Of a stretch of 43,903 bases of DNA, positions 25,638 to 35,746 are shown piece after piece (position 1 is the stretch's first letter; each line of letters begins with the position of its first letter). A model generated the notes under the pieces. That model made no database searches. It saw only the letters and a list, made by a program, of their open reading frames with translations, and had not been told where the DNA came from. Location of the stretch: positions 1 through 43,903 of the IMG/VR virus record IMGVR_UViG_3300024186_000005. One strand, written 5' to 3'. Both the position numbers and the translations under genes were made by a program. Source of the DNA: a virus. Lineage: Duplodnaviria; Caudoviricetes.

Positions 25638-27346
25638 GGTAGAAGGTCCGACCCATCAAAGGAAATCTTCCAGCCGTCAAAGTAGTAGTGGTAGCCAGCC
25701 GACCCAGCGATGTTGGCATTGCCGACAAAGGCCCACTCCGCCGCCTGCCCTTGCGCTGGGCACGATGCCTGCCCGAGCAAGCCCGGAGGATTCGCATTGT
25801 TGTAGACTTTCATCGTGTGGAGTCCTGCCTTGCCTGCCGAGTCTGTCTGCGCTGCGTTGCCAGCATGGGTTTCAGCTACACCGGAAGCGTTGGCTAGCGT
25901 GAGAGTCGTAGTCGTAGAAGCCGTGGCGATGAAAGGGCCGCCATTGTTCGCTGCATTCGTGAAGGTGTTGATGTAGTAGTAGTTTCCTACAAGGGCGTTC
26001 GATCCGCCGCCCGTGATGGTTCCGGTATAGACCGTGTTCCCGCCTGATGCGTTGGCAGCGGCAGTGAGCGTGAGATTGGCGGCAGGTGCCACCGCGTTGT
26101 AATACATCTCTACCCAGTATTGGGTGTTGAGCGAAAGCCCTGTGATGAACTGTGTGCTGGGGATGCTGGGGCATTCAAAGGACCATGACCGTGCGCCAGC
26201 GGTCTGGACGGATTGGGCGAGTGCAAAGTCCGTGCTGATACCCGCAAGCCCCATTGTGTCGTCATTCTCAGCGAGTGACAGCGAGTGATTCGTTTGTATC
26301 CACACTCCAGCGGTCACGGAACGTGCGGATGTGAACGGGTGCCCTTGCTGGCCGCAAAACATGATGCTGTTGCCATTTCCAGTGGCGTAGCTCAATCCGG
26401 TAGTGGTTGAATCGGTGGTGTTGCTGCCATCTATCAAGCGGCCCGTGGCGTTCTGCAAGGTCATCGAAGCCGCTGTAGAGTAAGTGAAATCCGTCGAATG
26501 TGACCCTCCCGCCCAAGCGCAGCCTGAATAGCCAAAGGTTCCCGATGCCAACGTGGAAGCGCTGGGACTTACTCCATTCGTTCCGCCGAACATCTGTACA
26601 GCTTGCGTAAGCGGAGCTGTGACGTTGTAGCCCAGATAGATTTCCTGATTCACTACGAAGGAAGCGGAAGCAGCCAGCGTGGCCGATGGGGTCAAAGCAC
26701 CTGAGAAACTGAGATTGTGGCCAGAGCCAAAGTGCGTTCCTGTTGCGTCCGCAGTCATGCCCGTGAATGAACTGATATTCTGAAAGGCGACAACCCGCAT
26801 AACTGCCGTATCGCTGCCAGAGGACGGCGTAAAAGTCGTGCCGTTTGAAGTGGAGGAGCTTGCTTGCAGAAAACTGTTCGCTCCGTCAAGGGCCGGAGTG
26901 CCTGTATAGGTACCAGCCCAAACTGCAATAGCATTAGGATTCGTTTGCGTTCCGCTAAAGGTGAAAACGATGTTCGTGCTCTCTGCCCCGGCATTCATAA
27001 TCAGCAGGCAGGAATGCAGTCCTAGAGCCGTGCTCGGATTGCTCCAGTTGAAAGCGCCAAGCACCTGGACAGCCGTGCCGCTATTGTCCGTAGAGGCTAG
27101 CCAGATGTCGTTGCCCGAATGGTCGTAGGCGCAAGCAATAACAGCCTGTCCAGCGGAGATGTTCGGGCTGATACCAACCGTGCAAGTGGTGCCAGAGCTG
27201 GGGCAGGTAGTTGTGGCTCCGATGAGCGTCATGCTCGAAAAGCTGCCGCCAGCAGCCTTGGCATTCACGATGCTCTGAAGCATCTGCCCGTGAACAGGCA
27301 GAGCAAAAACTAGAAGCAATAAAAGCCGGGTCAGTTTGCTGTCCAT
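25634..27346 (-). CDS. Secreted beta-sandwich adhesin/receptor-binding protein
   Basis: ATG 27346 or CTG 27334; TRLLLLLVFALPVHG|Q; Ser/Thr/Gly-rich; lectin-like C-terminus (YYFDGWKIS). Confidence 0.75.
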   Translation of the reverse strand: MDSKLTRLLLLLVFALPVHGQMLQSIVNAKAAGGSFSSMTLIGATTTCPSSGTTCTVGISPNISAGQAVIACAYDHSGNDIWLASTDNSGTAVQVLGAFNWSNPSTALGLHSCLLIMNAGAESTNIVFTFSGTQTNPNAIAVWAGTYTGTPALDGANSFLQASSSTSNGTTFTPSSGSDTAVMRVVAFQNISSFTGMTADATGTHFGSGHNLSFSGALTPSATLAASASFVVNQEIYLGYNVTAPLTQAVQMFGGTNGVSPSASTLASGTFGYSGCAWAGGSHSTDFTYSTAASMTLQNATGRLIDGSNTTDSTTTGLSYATGNGNSIMFCGQQGHPFTSARSVTAGVWIQTNHSLSLAENDDTMGLAGISTDFALAQSVQTAGARSWSFECPSIPSTQFITGLSLNTQYWVEMYYNAVAPAANLTLTAAANASGGNTVYTGTITGGGSNALVGNYYYINTFTNAANNGGPFIATASTTTTLTLANASGVAETHAGNAAQTDSAGKAGLHTMKVYNNANPPGLLGQASCPAQGQAAEWAFVGNANIAGSAGYHYYFDGWKISFDGSDLLP

Positions 27347-30300
27347 GTGCCCGTGAAGGAAGCAGTCAGATAGTGGGTCGAGTCGCGGCCCAGCAGGCAA
27401 ACCTTGTCGCCCACCGCTCCGCCAGAGATGAAGGTTCCCGTTCCCGCCGTGCCGTAAGCTGTGCGAGCCGTGTTCTCATAGCGAGCCGATGAGCCGATAG
27501 CGGAGAGCGTGATTACTGTCGCCACGTTGTCATCGTTCATTATGCAGAACTCGTAGCCTGCCGCTGGGACTGGAACGGTGATCGTGCAGGTGCCTGTACA
27601 GATGAAATACTGCCGGGGAGCCGTGAGCGTTACGCTCGTACCAGCGGTCAGCCCTGTGGGAGCGTCTACATAAGCCGTAGTGGCAATCTTTGTGGAATTA
27701 TCTTTGGCGGATTGCGTGGTGGTGGTGGGCGAGCCTGCAAGGGCTGCGCTAGAAGGCAAATCGGCGCTAACGATGGCGCTGGGAGCATAGATTCCCGCTG
27801 TCGCCGTGGCGTGGAGTATTTGCGTTACCGTAGTGGAAGTAGTGGTAGTTGTCGCGCAAAGTCCATCAGCATTGTTCACGTAGCAGTGGGGAATCTTGGC
27901 TGTGGAGTCGTAACCGAGCATGGAGGTTGCGCCAGCCGTGAAGCCTGCGCCTGTTGGTATTTTCCAAGTTGCTCCCGAGAAGTCCTGTAAGCCTGTCCAT
28001 GTGTTCGCAGCGTTGAACAGAGCCGCGTGGCTGGCAGCCGTCAAGTCAGCATCTACGATGTTGAAGTACGCAGGTGCCGCTGGAGTTCCCGTGTTGTTGC
28101 CGAGATATTTGTGGGCTGGAGCATTGGTGAACGTCAGCACCACGGCACCCGCAGAAAGTGAATTAGATACCACTCCGCCGGCATCGCCTGAGAAGCTAGA
28201 AACGCCGGAAGCCGATGAACCGCAACTAATCGGTGGTATGGCCGTTGGGTCGAATTGGATGGCGTTTCCCGCGCCAACGCAGGAAGGAAAGGCGCTGAAA
28301 TCTGGAAAGCGTGAAGCGGTGTAGTTCACACCGTCTGACCATAGAAATCGTGTCCAGTTTTGCGGAGTAACTAAAGATGCTCCGCCATTGACAGTAAACC
28401 CGCTCGCCGTTTCAGTGACCTTGTTCGTGCCAATGTTTTTGAGCACGTTGAAGAAATTCTGGCTGGCGCAAGCCGTGGAGGGGTTGAGCATCGTGTAAGT
28501 CTGTGCGCCTGCGTTGCTGGCTGTCACTAGGAAGCCGCGGTCGCATTGGTAGTTTGCGGAGCCTTCCGTGTAGGTCGTGCCAGTCTGGGGATTGATGGGG
28601 ATTCCGGCCAGATCACGAGCAGGAGCCACGGGAGTTGTTGTGGGCGTGGGATAGTGGAGAATGTAATCGCCAGCCACAACGGGAGCATTCAAACCAGCGC
28701 AGCCGCCAGCACCGTTGTTGTACTGGGTAGCATTGACCGTGCCGCCCGGAGAGCAGCCACCTCCACCGCCTCCGCTACCAAGTCCCAGAGCCTCGCAGTC
28801 TGTGCCATCGCAGCTAGCGAGTAGTCCGCTGTTAGCTGGGATCGTGATGCTTCCTGTTGCCCCGTTGCCGTGCAAGGTGCCGGAATCAATCGCCAGCGTT
28901 TCCGTTCCGCCCGAGTTGTTGAATACCTGCCAGCTTTGCCCACGAATTGCATGGGGAAGCGTGAAGGTCATGGGCGTGCCTGTGCCGATGACGATGCCTT
29001 CGTCGAGCGCCAGCGTGTGATTCGCTGAGTAGGACACCAGGCTTTGGCCGTAGCTGGGAGCGAAGATTCCCGGCCTATTGCCGTTGGGCGTGCCCATGTG
29101 GATTACGTTTTTGTTCTGCCCAATCGCTACATAGCTCAATCCGTTGGCATCGGCCACGTTTAGCAGCGTCACCGTGCCAACAAAAGGATTACCCGTAATC
29201 AACGCTCCCGCGCTGGGCAGGTTGGCGCTGTCAATTACGAAAGTTCCTCCCAATCCTTTGGAATTGGGAGTGAGGTTCGCCAATGTCGCATGACCCCCAG
29301 TATCAATAAACATATTCTGCAAGGTGAAAAACCCGCCAACATTTCCCGCATTCTCAGCATTGGATACCATCACTACAGGCGTGATGTTGCCCTGGATTTC
29401 CTCGCCCATGTGGAAGCGGCCAGTTAGTCCGGAAAGATGAGGCAGGAAGTAGGCTCCGCGCCTGTTCCAAGAGCTGTAGCTGAGGTTCCAAAGCGTATTG
29501 AACTTGCTAACGAATTGCGGCGTGGAGGTTGAGCCGTCCACCTGCGTTGGCCCCATGACGAACGAGCAGCGGCGAATGTCACCGCCAAATCCCCCAGAAG
29601 CGACAGTCTCGTAATCGTAAAACGCAATGTTCATGTAGCCTGTGCTGTTGCTGTCGGTGAATGTCACTTCATCCAGCACCGCCATTGCATTGCCGTTCTT
29701 ATAGAAGATTTCAATTCCGCCGTTCTGCCCGAACAGCGACATCAGCACTTTGTTGACGCTGCCGCCCTTCAGGTAAATCATCGGGTTTGCGCCGTGGCCC
29801 ACCATCGCCGTGTGACTTCGGATTCCGAAGCTGGGATTGCTCATGCTGATGGCATCGGCATCTGTTCCGTAGAGGTTGCCGTTCAGCTCCATCGTTTCGC
29901 TGAAGCAAATCTGGCTGTCCGCGTACATGGCCTGAACGCTGGCCACGAGGTAGCTACTGATGAGATAGCAGGAAATGCCTGTTCCGCTGTTTCGCAAGAT
30001 CGCTGGAAAGTGAATCGTTCCGCCGCCGCCTGTGTTGCCTGTATTCGAGGCTGCAAGAGCCGCCTTGATAGCCGGAACGTCATCGAACTGCACAGGCGAA
30101 GTCGTTACGCTCGTCACCGCGTTGTCAGCCAGCGTGAAGGTAGTCCCTGAGATGTTCGTAATCGTGGTCACGAGCATATCGTTCACAGCCGCGCCGGGAG
30201 GCGTTGAAGGCGACCACCAGGGCCAAGAAGTGTTGTCCATCATGGGCGAGCCATAATCGTCCCAAGTGTTGTAGACGGAATCGGTGAGTCCTAGATTGGC

Positions 30301-31755
30301 GATGAGGCTGATTCCTACCCGCGCCATTGAGCCAGCGGTACGTCCGAAGATTAGGTATTGCGAGCCGTTGCCCGTGGGTGCTGGCAGAACGAGGTGGTTG
30401 CACAGCCAGAAATAGACCGTTCCGCCTGTCGCTGTCGTTGTGGAGATGCCCCGCGCTGCATCTACGCCCGAGTTGTAGGTGAAGTGCGTTCCGTCAACGA
30501 TGGAAGCGATAATCTTCCAGCCGCCGAACTCCGCGTCATTCGTGCCGCCCTTGAGTAACACGAGGCAGCCAGCCGCAAGGTTGGCAGTCGAGCCTACCGT
30601 GGCTGTGAAGGTGTTTCCTGAGCCGCTGGCGCTGCTAGTCCAAGCCGTGTTGTTGGCCCCGAGCGAAGCGTTGCCGGTCGAAGTTGTGCCGTTGGCAGAG
30701 GCAGCCGTGTAGCCGCGCCCAGTGTCATAAGCAGAGATGGAATAAGAGTAGGATGTCGAGCCAGCACCAGCGGGAGTCGTATAGCCCAGCCCTGTGGGTT
30801 GAGTGGCGCAAGAGGGCGTAACCGTGGGTGAGGTTGGAGTGGTTGCTGTGATAGCCGCACCAGCACCAACTACCGCGATGCCGTCATTTTTTACGAAGGT
30901 GGAAGCGCTGGCCACCGTAAGCGTGGGTGAGGCGCTATTGATCGTGCCGGTGCTGGCGGGGATGGCATTGGGGCTGATGGCCCTCGCACCGAAACTCCGA
31001 ATATCCACACCCGGATTCGGTCCACGATTTGTCTGATCACCGCCGACAGTAAGAGAGCTGGCTAGGCTGGCGCTCCCAGTTGCCGATAAAGTTCCCGTGA
31101 TAGCGGTATTGTCGCCCACAGCCAGATTACCAGCAGTCTCAGCTAGGTTCGTTGTCTGGCAAGCGCCTGCCGTTCCCGCTGCCTGAATGGTTCCCTGTGA
31201 GCCAGAAGCTGAACATGCACCACCACCGCCACCACCGCCAGCGGGCTGGATAAGCTGGCTCCAATTCGTTCCATTGAACTTGTAAGTTGCATCTGTGCAG
31301 CCCGTTGTCTGGATAGCAGTTGTATTGAGGAAGTTTCCAGGCCAAGAGAATGTCCAAGGGCCTCCCGATTGGCAGATGTGAAAACCCATAAGATTGCCGT
31401 TTATAGGAGTTCCTGTAATGCTTGAGAAGGTGACATTTCCGGTAAGTGTGACGCTGTAGTTGGCGCTCGATGAGCCATTGAAAGCCATGCCGGAAGAAAA
31501 GGCGATGGGAATGTCAGGCAGCACGGAAGAGATACTTCCCGTGAATGGCGTCCATGTATGCGGGCGAGTGAGCGTGTTGCAAGAATAATAAGTCGTCGTA
31601 GATACATCCATCGCAACCTGGTAGACATCGCAGGGACCAAACGGAGCATGTGGATAGGTAATGAGCTGGACGGGATAGGCCGAGGGCTGCTGGGCAAAGC
31701 AGACGCCGCATACCAGCAAGAGGATGAGTTCCAATAGCAGAAAGCGTTTAATCAT
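27331..31755 (-). CDS. Large tail fibre/spike with pectate-lyase-like beta-helix and signal peptide
   Basis: MIKRFLLLELILLLVCGVCFA|Q; VDIRSFGA...DDVPAIKAAL...GGTIHFP; poly-Gly hinges; TTQSAKDNSTKIATTAYV fibre repeat. Confidence 0.82.
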   Translation of the reverse strand: MIKRFLLLELILLLVCGVCFAQQPSAYPVQLITYPHAPFGPCDVYQVAMDVSTTTYYSCNTLTRPHTWTPFTGSISSVLPDIPIAFSSGMAFNGSSSANYSVTLTGNVTFSSITGTPINGNLMGFHICQSGGPWTFSWPGNFLNTTAIQTTGCTDATYKFNGTNWSQLIQPAGGGGGGGACSASGSQGTIQAAGTAGACQTTNLAETAGNLAVGDNTAITGTLSATGSASLASSLTVGGDQTNRGPNPGVDIRSFGARAISPNAIPASTGTINSASPTLTVASASTFVKNDGIAVVGAGAAITATTPTSPTVTPSCATQPTGLGYTTPAGAGSTSYSYSISAYDTGRGYTAASANGTTSTGNASLGANNTAWTSSASGSGNTFTATVGSTANLAAGCLVLLKGGTNDAEFGGWKIIASIVDGTHFTYNSGVDAARGISTTTATGGTVYFWLCNHLVLPAPTGNGSQYLIFGRTAGSMARVGISLIANLGLTDSVYNTWDDYGSPMMDNTSWPWWSPSTPPGAAVNDMLVTTITNISGTTFTLADNAVTSVTTSPVQFDDVPAIKAALAASNTGNTGGGGTIHFPAILRNSGTGISCYLISSYLVASVQAMYADSQICFSETMELNGNLYGTDADAISMSNPSFGIRSHTAMVGHGANPMIYLKGGSVNKVLMSLFGQNGGIEIFYKNGNAMAVLDEVTFTDSNSTGYMNIAFYDYETVASGGFGGDIRRCSFVMGPTQVDGSTSTPQFVSKFNTLWNLSYSSWNRRGAYFLPHLSGLTGRFHMGEEIQGNITPVVMVSNAENAGNVGGFFTLQNMFIDTGGHATLANLTPNSKGLGGTFVIDSANLPSAGALITGNPFVGTVTLLNVADANGLSYVAIGQNKNVIHMGTPNGNRPGIFAPSYGQSLVSYSANHTLALDEGIVIGTGTPMTFTLPHAIRGQSWQVFNNSGGTETLAIDSGTLHGNGATGSITIPANSGLLASCDGTDCEALGLGSGGGGGGCSPGGTVNATQYNNGAGGCAGLNAPVVAGDYILHYPTPTTTPVAPARDLAGIPINPQTGTTYTEGSANYQCDRGFLVTASNAGAQTYTMLNPSTACASQNFFNVLKNIGTNKVTETASGFTVNGGASLVTPQNWTRFLWSDGVNYTASRFPDFSAFPSCVGAGNAIQFDPTAIPPISCGSSASGVSSFSGDAGGVVSNSLSAGAVVLTFTNAPAHKYLGNNTGTPAAPAYFNIVDADLTAASHAALFNAANTWTGLQDFSGATWKIPTGAGFTAGATSMLGYDSTAKIPHCYVNNADGLCATTTTTSTTVTQILHATATAGIYAPSAIVSADLPSSAALAGSPTTTTQSAKDNSTKIATTAYVDAPTGLTAGTSVTLTAPRQYFICTGTCTITVPVPAAGYEFCIMNDDNVATVITLSAIGSSARYENTARTAYGTAGTGTFISGGAVGDKVCLLGRDSTHYLTASFTGTWTAN

Positions 31756-33146
31756 TGAACCCCCTGATTCGGGTGAAACGGTTCTCCAGGTTGATTAGGG
31801 GCAACCTGTGGTAACTGCCTACCCTTGGCCATAAGCTGTTCCATGATGGAAGCTCCCAATCCGGCCTTCGCACCAATATTCTGAGGAACGAGATCATTGA
31901 CTGCCGGGATGCCACGTCCAGCCACAGCTTCAAACCTGCGAGCAATTCCGGTAACGGCTGAACCAAGAGCGCCCTTACCCATGCCTGCTTCTTCCGCCTT
32001 CATAAGCTTTTCAAGATCAGTCTGTGCGGCAAGTAGATTTGTTAGTCGTTCGTTCAGTTCGGCGCTTTCTGGAACAGCCTTATTCACGGCCTGCTTGATG
32101 GAGCCGTAGACTTGCCTGTAGGCGGGTTTCACGTCATCAGCTACGGCCACATTTCCGGCCCAGTTGATTCGATTGCCGATAGCTTGCTTGATTTGATTGG
32201 CCTGCAAGGGAGTAACTGTCTCGCCTAATCCTTCTTTTAGCGAAGCCTGCAAAGCTCCTATTTGCGATGTAGCAGCATCTTTTTCAGCTTTTGTAATTGC
32301 CGGGTCATTAACGATTTGCTCCCATGCCTTCATCAAGGGCTTGTCTATGATGTCCTTCACCTTGATGGGCGTCTGGGATTGACCTAGGACTTTTTCAAGT
32401 TGCGGAGCGAGTTCCTGAACTTTCTGTGATACCTGAGCCGTTCTTCCGCCGGCGGCTATAAGAGCTTTTTCTGGGTCAGCACCAAGCCGTAAGGCCGCTT
32501 TGTAGGCTTCCAAATCTCCCGTAATGGGACTATTGATTCCCTCTTTAATCATCGCTACGGCTGGATTGCCGTAGGTGACATCTCGCGTAGTAGCTCCTAC
32601 GGAAGAATTGACCATCCCTCTGGCCAGTTTCCCCGTGAATAAGGAGCCTGCAACTTTCTCGAATAATCCCCCAGCTCCACCAGCCAATCCACCTGTGACG
32701 GTAGATTCCAGAAGATTCTTTCCAGTCTCCATGTTGAATGGTGATTCGCCAGCAGCGGCATGTAGGCCTGTCTCGATTAGCCCGCTTCCCAAACCTGCCG
32801 TTGCGCCACCTGCAACCCCGCCAAGAATGCCGCCACCAGCGGCACCACTGGCAGCCTCTGGGCCTATGACAGAAGCCCCTAGTAAGGCAGGAGCGGCAAA
32901 AAGTGATGCTCCTAGAACAGTTGGAACCTTGCGGAGTGCTTCATGCTGCGAGGCTGCTAGCTGTTCTGGAGTGACTTTCTTCCCAGCCTCTACCGCCCGA
33001 TTCATGGTCTGCTCGAAAGATTCACCCTCTCTTGGTGTGATGGGCTGCTTGGATAAATCCTGGGCCTGAATGGGATTGCCGTGCTCATCCCAAGATTTTT
33101 GGGCAGTCTTGACTACATTTCCATTTTCATCCCAAGTGGTGGGCAT
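31752..33146 (-). CDS. Ejection/internal virion protein
   Basis: Gly/Ala-rich hydrophobic segment plus helical body; repeated WDExGN at the N-terminus; position after nozzle. Confidence 0.7.
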   Translation of the reverse strand: MPTTWDENGNVVKTAQKSWDEHGNPIQAQDLSKQPITPREGESFEQTMNRAVEAGKKVTPEQLAASQHEALRKVPTVLGASLFAAPALLGASVIGPEAASGAAGGGILGGVAGGATAGLGSGLIETGLHAAAGESPFNMETGKNLLESTVTGGLAGGAGGLFEKVAGSLFTGKLARGMVNSSVGATTRDVTYGNPAVAMIKEGINSPITGDLEAYKAALRLGADPEKALIAAGGRTAQVSQKVQELAPQLEKVLGQSQTPIKVKDIIDKPLMKAWEQIVNDPAITKAEKDAATSQIGALQASLKEGLGETVTPLQANQIKQAIGNRINWAGNVAVADDVKPAYRQVYGSIKQAVNKAVPESAELNERLTNLLAAQTDLEKLMKAEEAGMGKGALGSAVTGIARRFEAVAGRGIPAVNDLVPQNIGAKAGLGASIMEQLMAKGRQLPQVAPNQPGEPFHPNQGVQ

Positions 33147-34339
33147 TATTCAGGCGCTGTCCACGTTCTGTTCTCAGGATTCCATGTAGCGTTTTCAGGA
33201 ACACCCTTTGGCCTTGCTGGAACTTCCGATTCGCTTCCTTTGATTTTCACCGAAGGCATAGCGTTGAACTTCGCGCCGTAGCGCTCATTGATTCCCTTGA
33301 TGTCCGCTTCGTACTTTTCTCGCGCACCCTTTGTCACCATCTGTGAAACTGAATCCATATCGTTCAGCACGTTGTCAGGAATAGATGCGCCCATCGATTG
33401 CTTGCCGAGGTATCCAGTAATGCGGTCCAGTGCGCTTCCAGCCGCACCATAGGTTTCAATTTCCGGCAGGTTCATGCGCTTAATCTGGCCAGCTACGTTA
33501 ATTTGGAGAACTCCCGTTACCGGCGAATAGGCATAAGCTACCGTGTTTCCCTTTTTGGCCATCTGCACCATGTCGTGCATTTCATTTCCGGCTTGCTGGG
33601 CTTGGGTAAAAGATTGGTCTGCCTTCGTAGCATCATCCGTCGCTGGCTTGATTAGCTGTGGAGTTACGCCAGCAAGGGCCGCTGGATACATGGCTTGATG
33701 CGCCCGTTCTACAGCAATGGCGGTCTGTGCAGCCTGAGTAGCATGGGCCTGGATTACCTTGGGATTGGTTTCTTTTTCGATGGCCGATATGTCATCGCTG
33801 GCTTTGTCGATTACCTTGCGAGCACCTTCCAGATCGCCAATCTGCAAAGCATTATGGGCAAGGACCTTTGTGCGCTGGTTAAGCTCTGGATATTTGTCTA
33901 GAGGGACCACTGAATCAACCTGCTGGTCAAACATCTGCGGACCCTGCGTCATGGTCATTAACTTCAAAAGTGTTTCTTTTTTCTTTATGTCCGCTTGGGC
34001 ATTCTGTAGCTGCGTCTCCAACATGGCTTTGTTCAGAGGATGCATTTCTTCTTCGTATTGCGAAGCCAGTTTTTCATGCTGGGCGACGGCCGTTTTATAA
34101 TCCGCCTCTGCTTGTGGCAGCCCAGCGGATAGGCCAGCTTGAATTTGTTGAGTCTGTGCTCCCTGTAACCCTGCTTGTGATTGTTGCGCTGCCTGTTGCG
34201 TATTGGCCTGCTGTTGCCCCAACTGCTCCTGCATCGTCTGGTGGTGATGCTCATTGGCAAGCTGAATCGCAGACAAGATTTGGCTGGTGATTCCCTCTTG
34301 TGGGATAAACGGTATTCGGATGTCAGTGTTTACGGGCAT
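33146..34339 (-). CDS. Ejection/internal virion protein
   Basis: Gln/Ala-rich coiled coil; TGATG overlap start. Confidence 0.7.
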   Translation of the reverse strand: MPVNTDIRIPFIPQEGITSQILSAIQLANEHHHQTMQEQLGQQQANTQQAAQQSQAGLQGAQTQQIQAGLSAGLPQAEADYKTAVAQHEKLASQYEEEMHPLNKAMLETQLQNAQADIKKKETLLKLMTMTQGPQMFDQQVDSVVPLDKYPELNQRTKVLAHNALQIGDLEGARKVIDKASDDISAIEKETNPKVIQAHATQAAQTAIAVERAHQAMYPAALAGVTPQLIKPATDDATKADQSFTQAQQAGNEMHDMVQMAKKGNTVAYAYSPVTGVLQINVAGQIKRMNLPEIETYGAAGSALDRITGYLGKQSMGASIPDNVLNDMDSVSQMVTKGAREKYEADIKGINERYGAKFNAMPSVKIKGSESEVPARPKGVPENATWNPENRTWTAPE

Positions 34340-34905
34340 CAGGTTCCTCCCGGCCCTTGCCATGTCTGGCCAATAAACGGCGGCGTAGGTCCTACTTGAT
34401 TATTGATTCGGCTGTTCAGGCCGTTCTGAATCGAGTAGGCTGCAATCGGCGCTACTCCCGCCATAAACCCGCCAAATCCACTTTGACCCGGAGTCGCACC
34501 AATGTTTAAGAGCTGGGCGATAGTCTGCCAAGCCTGCTGCTGGCGCTGGATAGCCTGTTGCTCCAAGCTCAAATTGATGTTTCCCTGATTGACTTGCGAT
34601 TGATTGGAGTTCTGCATCAGCGCTTGTCCAAGCAATCCAGAACGTCCCAACCCACGAGAAACAAGGGCATGAGTAGCCTGATTGTTGGCTCCGGTGAGCG
34701 ATTGAGCATTCTGACCGTAGAGCTGTGCCTGCTGGAGCGGATCGGCTTGTGGAGTACCATAGGCCAGCTTGCTGAGGTTGCTACCTGGACCTAAAAGATT
34801 GTTGAGTGCTCCGGTCTGAGCAGGGTTGAGCGAGGGTGGACGTGGATTAGATGCCCCCGAAATGCCGCCAAGTAGACCGCTAAGGATTCCACCTAAAAAG
34901 CCCAT
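34339..34905 (-). CDS. DNA pilot/ejection protein
   Basis: MGFLGGILSGLLGG N-terminus; SRGLGRSG; Gln-rich. Confidence 0.7.
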   Translation of the reverse strand: MGFLGGILSGLLGGISGASNPRPPSLNPAQTGALNNLLGPGSNLSKLAYGTPQADPLQQAQLYGQNAQSLTGANNQATHALVSRGLGRSGLLGQALMQNSNQSQVNQGNINLSLEQQAIQRQQQAWQTIAQLLNIGATPGQSGFGGFMAGVAPIAAYSIQNGLNSRINNQVGPTPPFIGQTWQGPGGT

Positions 34906-35198
34906 TATTGCCCTCCGCTTCCGGGCGTCTGTTGCCCATATAGCGACATGAGTAAACCGAACAAGGGGCCAAATTGATTAGCCTGTGCGGGATTTAATCC
35001 ACCACCAGGACTCATCAGCGAGAGCGCCTGCCCAAATCCGGGTTGTGAAGCTGCCAGAGCATTTACGTTATGCAGGTCTCCGCCAGTCTGAGCGAGCAAC
35101 GCCTGATAGACGGGACTGGAAGAAGCAAGTTGATCCTGCGAAGTTCCCTGCCCTCCCCCAAATTGCGGTAAGGCAGAGATAATCGGCACGCTACTCAT
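34905..35198 (-). CDS. Small Gly/Gln-rich virion protein
   Basis: Coupled on both sides. Confidence 0.65.
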   Translation of the reverse strand: MSSVPIISALPQFGGGQGTSQDQLASSSPVYQALLAQTGGDLHNVNALAASQPGFGQALSLMSPGGGLNPAQANQFGPLFGLLMSLYGQQTPGSGGQ

Positions 35199-35746
35199 GG
35201 AAGATTAGGACCACTCCTCACGGGTACAAGCTTTGGCTGGCGTGGAGCGATAGCCGGAGTAGGTGGCGCAGCCTCGGATGTGGAATAAGTAAGCGTTGTG
35301 GCCGTGACTGTTGAGGATGGCTGGCTATACTGCTGCCCTTGATAAGCGTAGACCTGGAAGGAACTCGTTACCGCTACGTTTCCCACCGGGATTTGATAGC
35401 TGACCTGCTCTCCATCGGGAATGTTGTACCGTCCAATCAATTTCACCATTGCGGTATCGGAAGCCTGCGTAATCACATACCCATCGACATTCGCTATCTT
35501 GTTCCAGACGAGATGGAATAGCCCCTGCTTCCCTGTAACGATTAAGCCGCTTACATTTTGCGGCGTCCTTGCCTGTACCTGCTGAATCGTATTGAGTCTG
35601 CCCTGAAAACTCTGAAGCGCCTGATTGATGATGGTGGTCATTGTCGCTAGGTGCTCACTGATAATCTTGGAATCGCCTTCCGTATCTGTGAGCCTCCCGG
35701 ATAGTTTGGGAGGGACGGGTAGGCGATACACATTCCCTCGCCTCAT
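35195..35746 (-). CDS. Tail protein with FN3-like domain
   Basis: N-terminal helix, then PQNVSGL...LVWNKIANVDGYVI...FQVYAY...SQPSSTV. Confidence 0.72.
   Translation of the reverse strand: MRRGNVYRLPVPPKLSGRLTDTEGDSKIISEHLATMTTIINQALQSFQGRLNTIQQVQARTPQNVSGLIVTGKQGLFHLVWNKIANVDGYVITQASDTAMVKLIGRYNIPDGEQVSYQIPVGNVAVTSSFQVYAYQGQQYSQPSSTVTATTLTYSTSEAAPPTPAIAPRQPKLVPVRSGPNLP

Noticed and set aside
23329-31755. Diversity-generating retroelement or invertible fibre cassette
   Set aside because: No reverse transcriptase, invertase or adenine-mismatched TR/VR pair seen.
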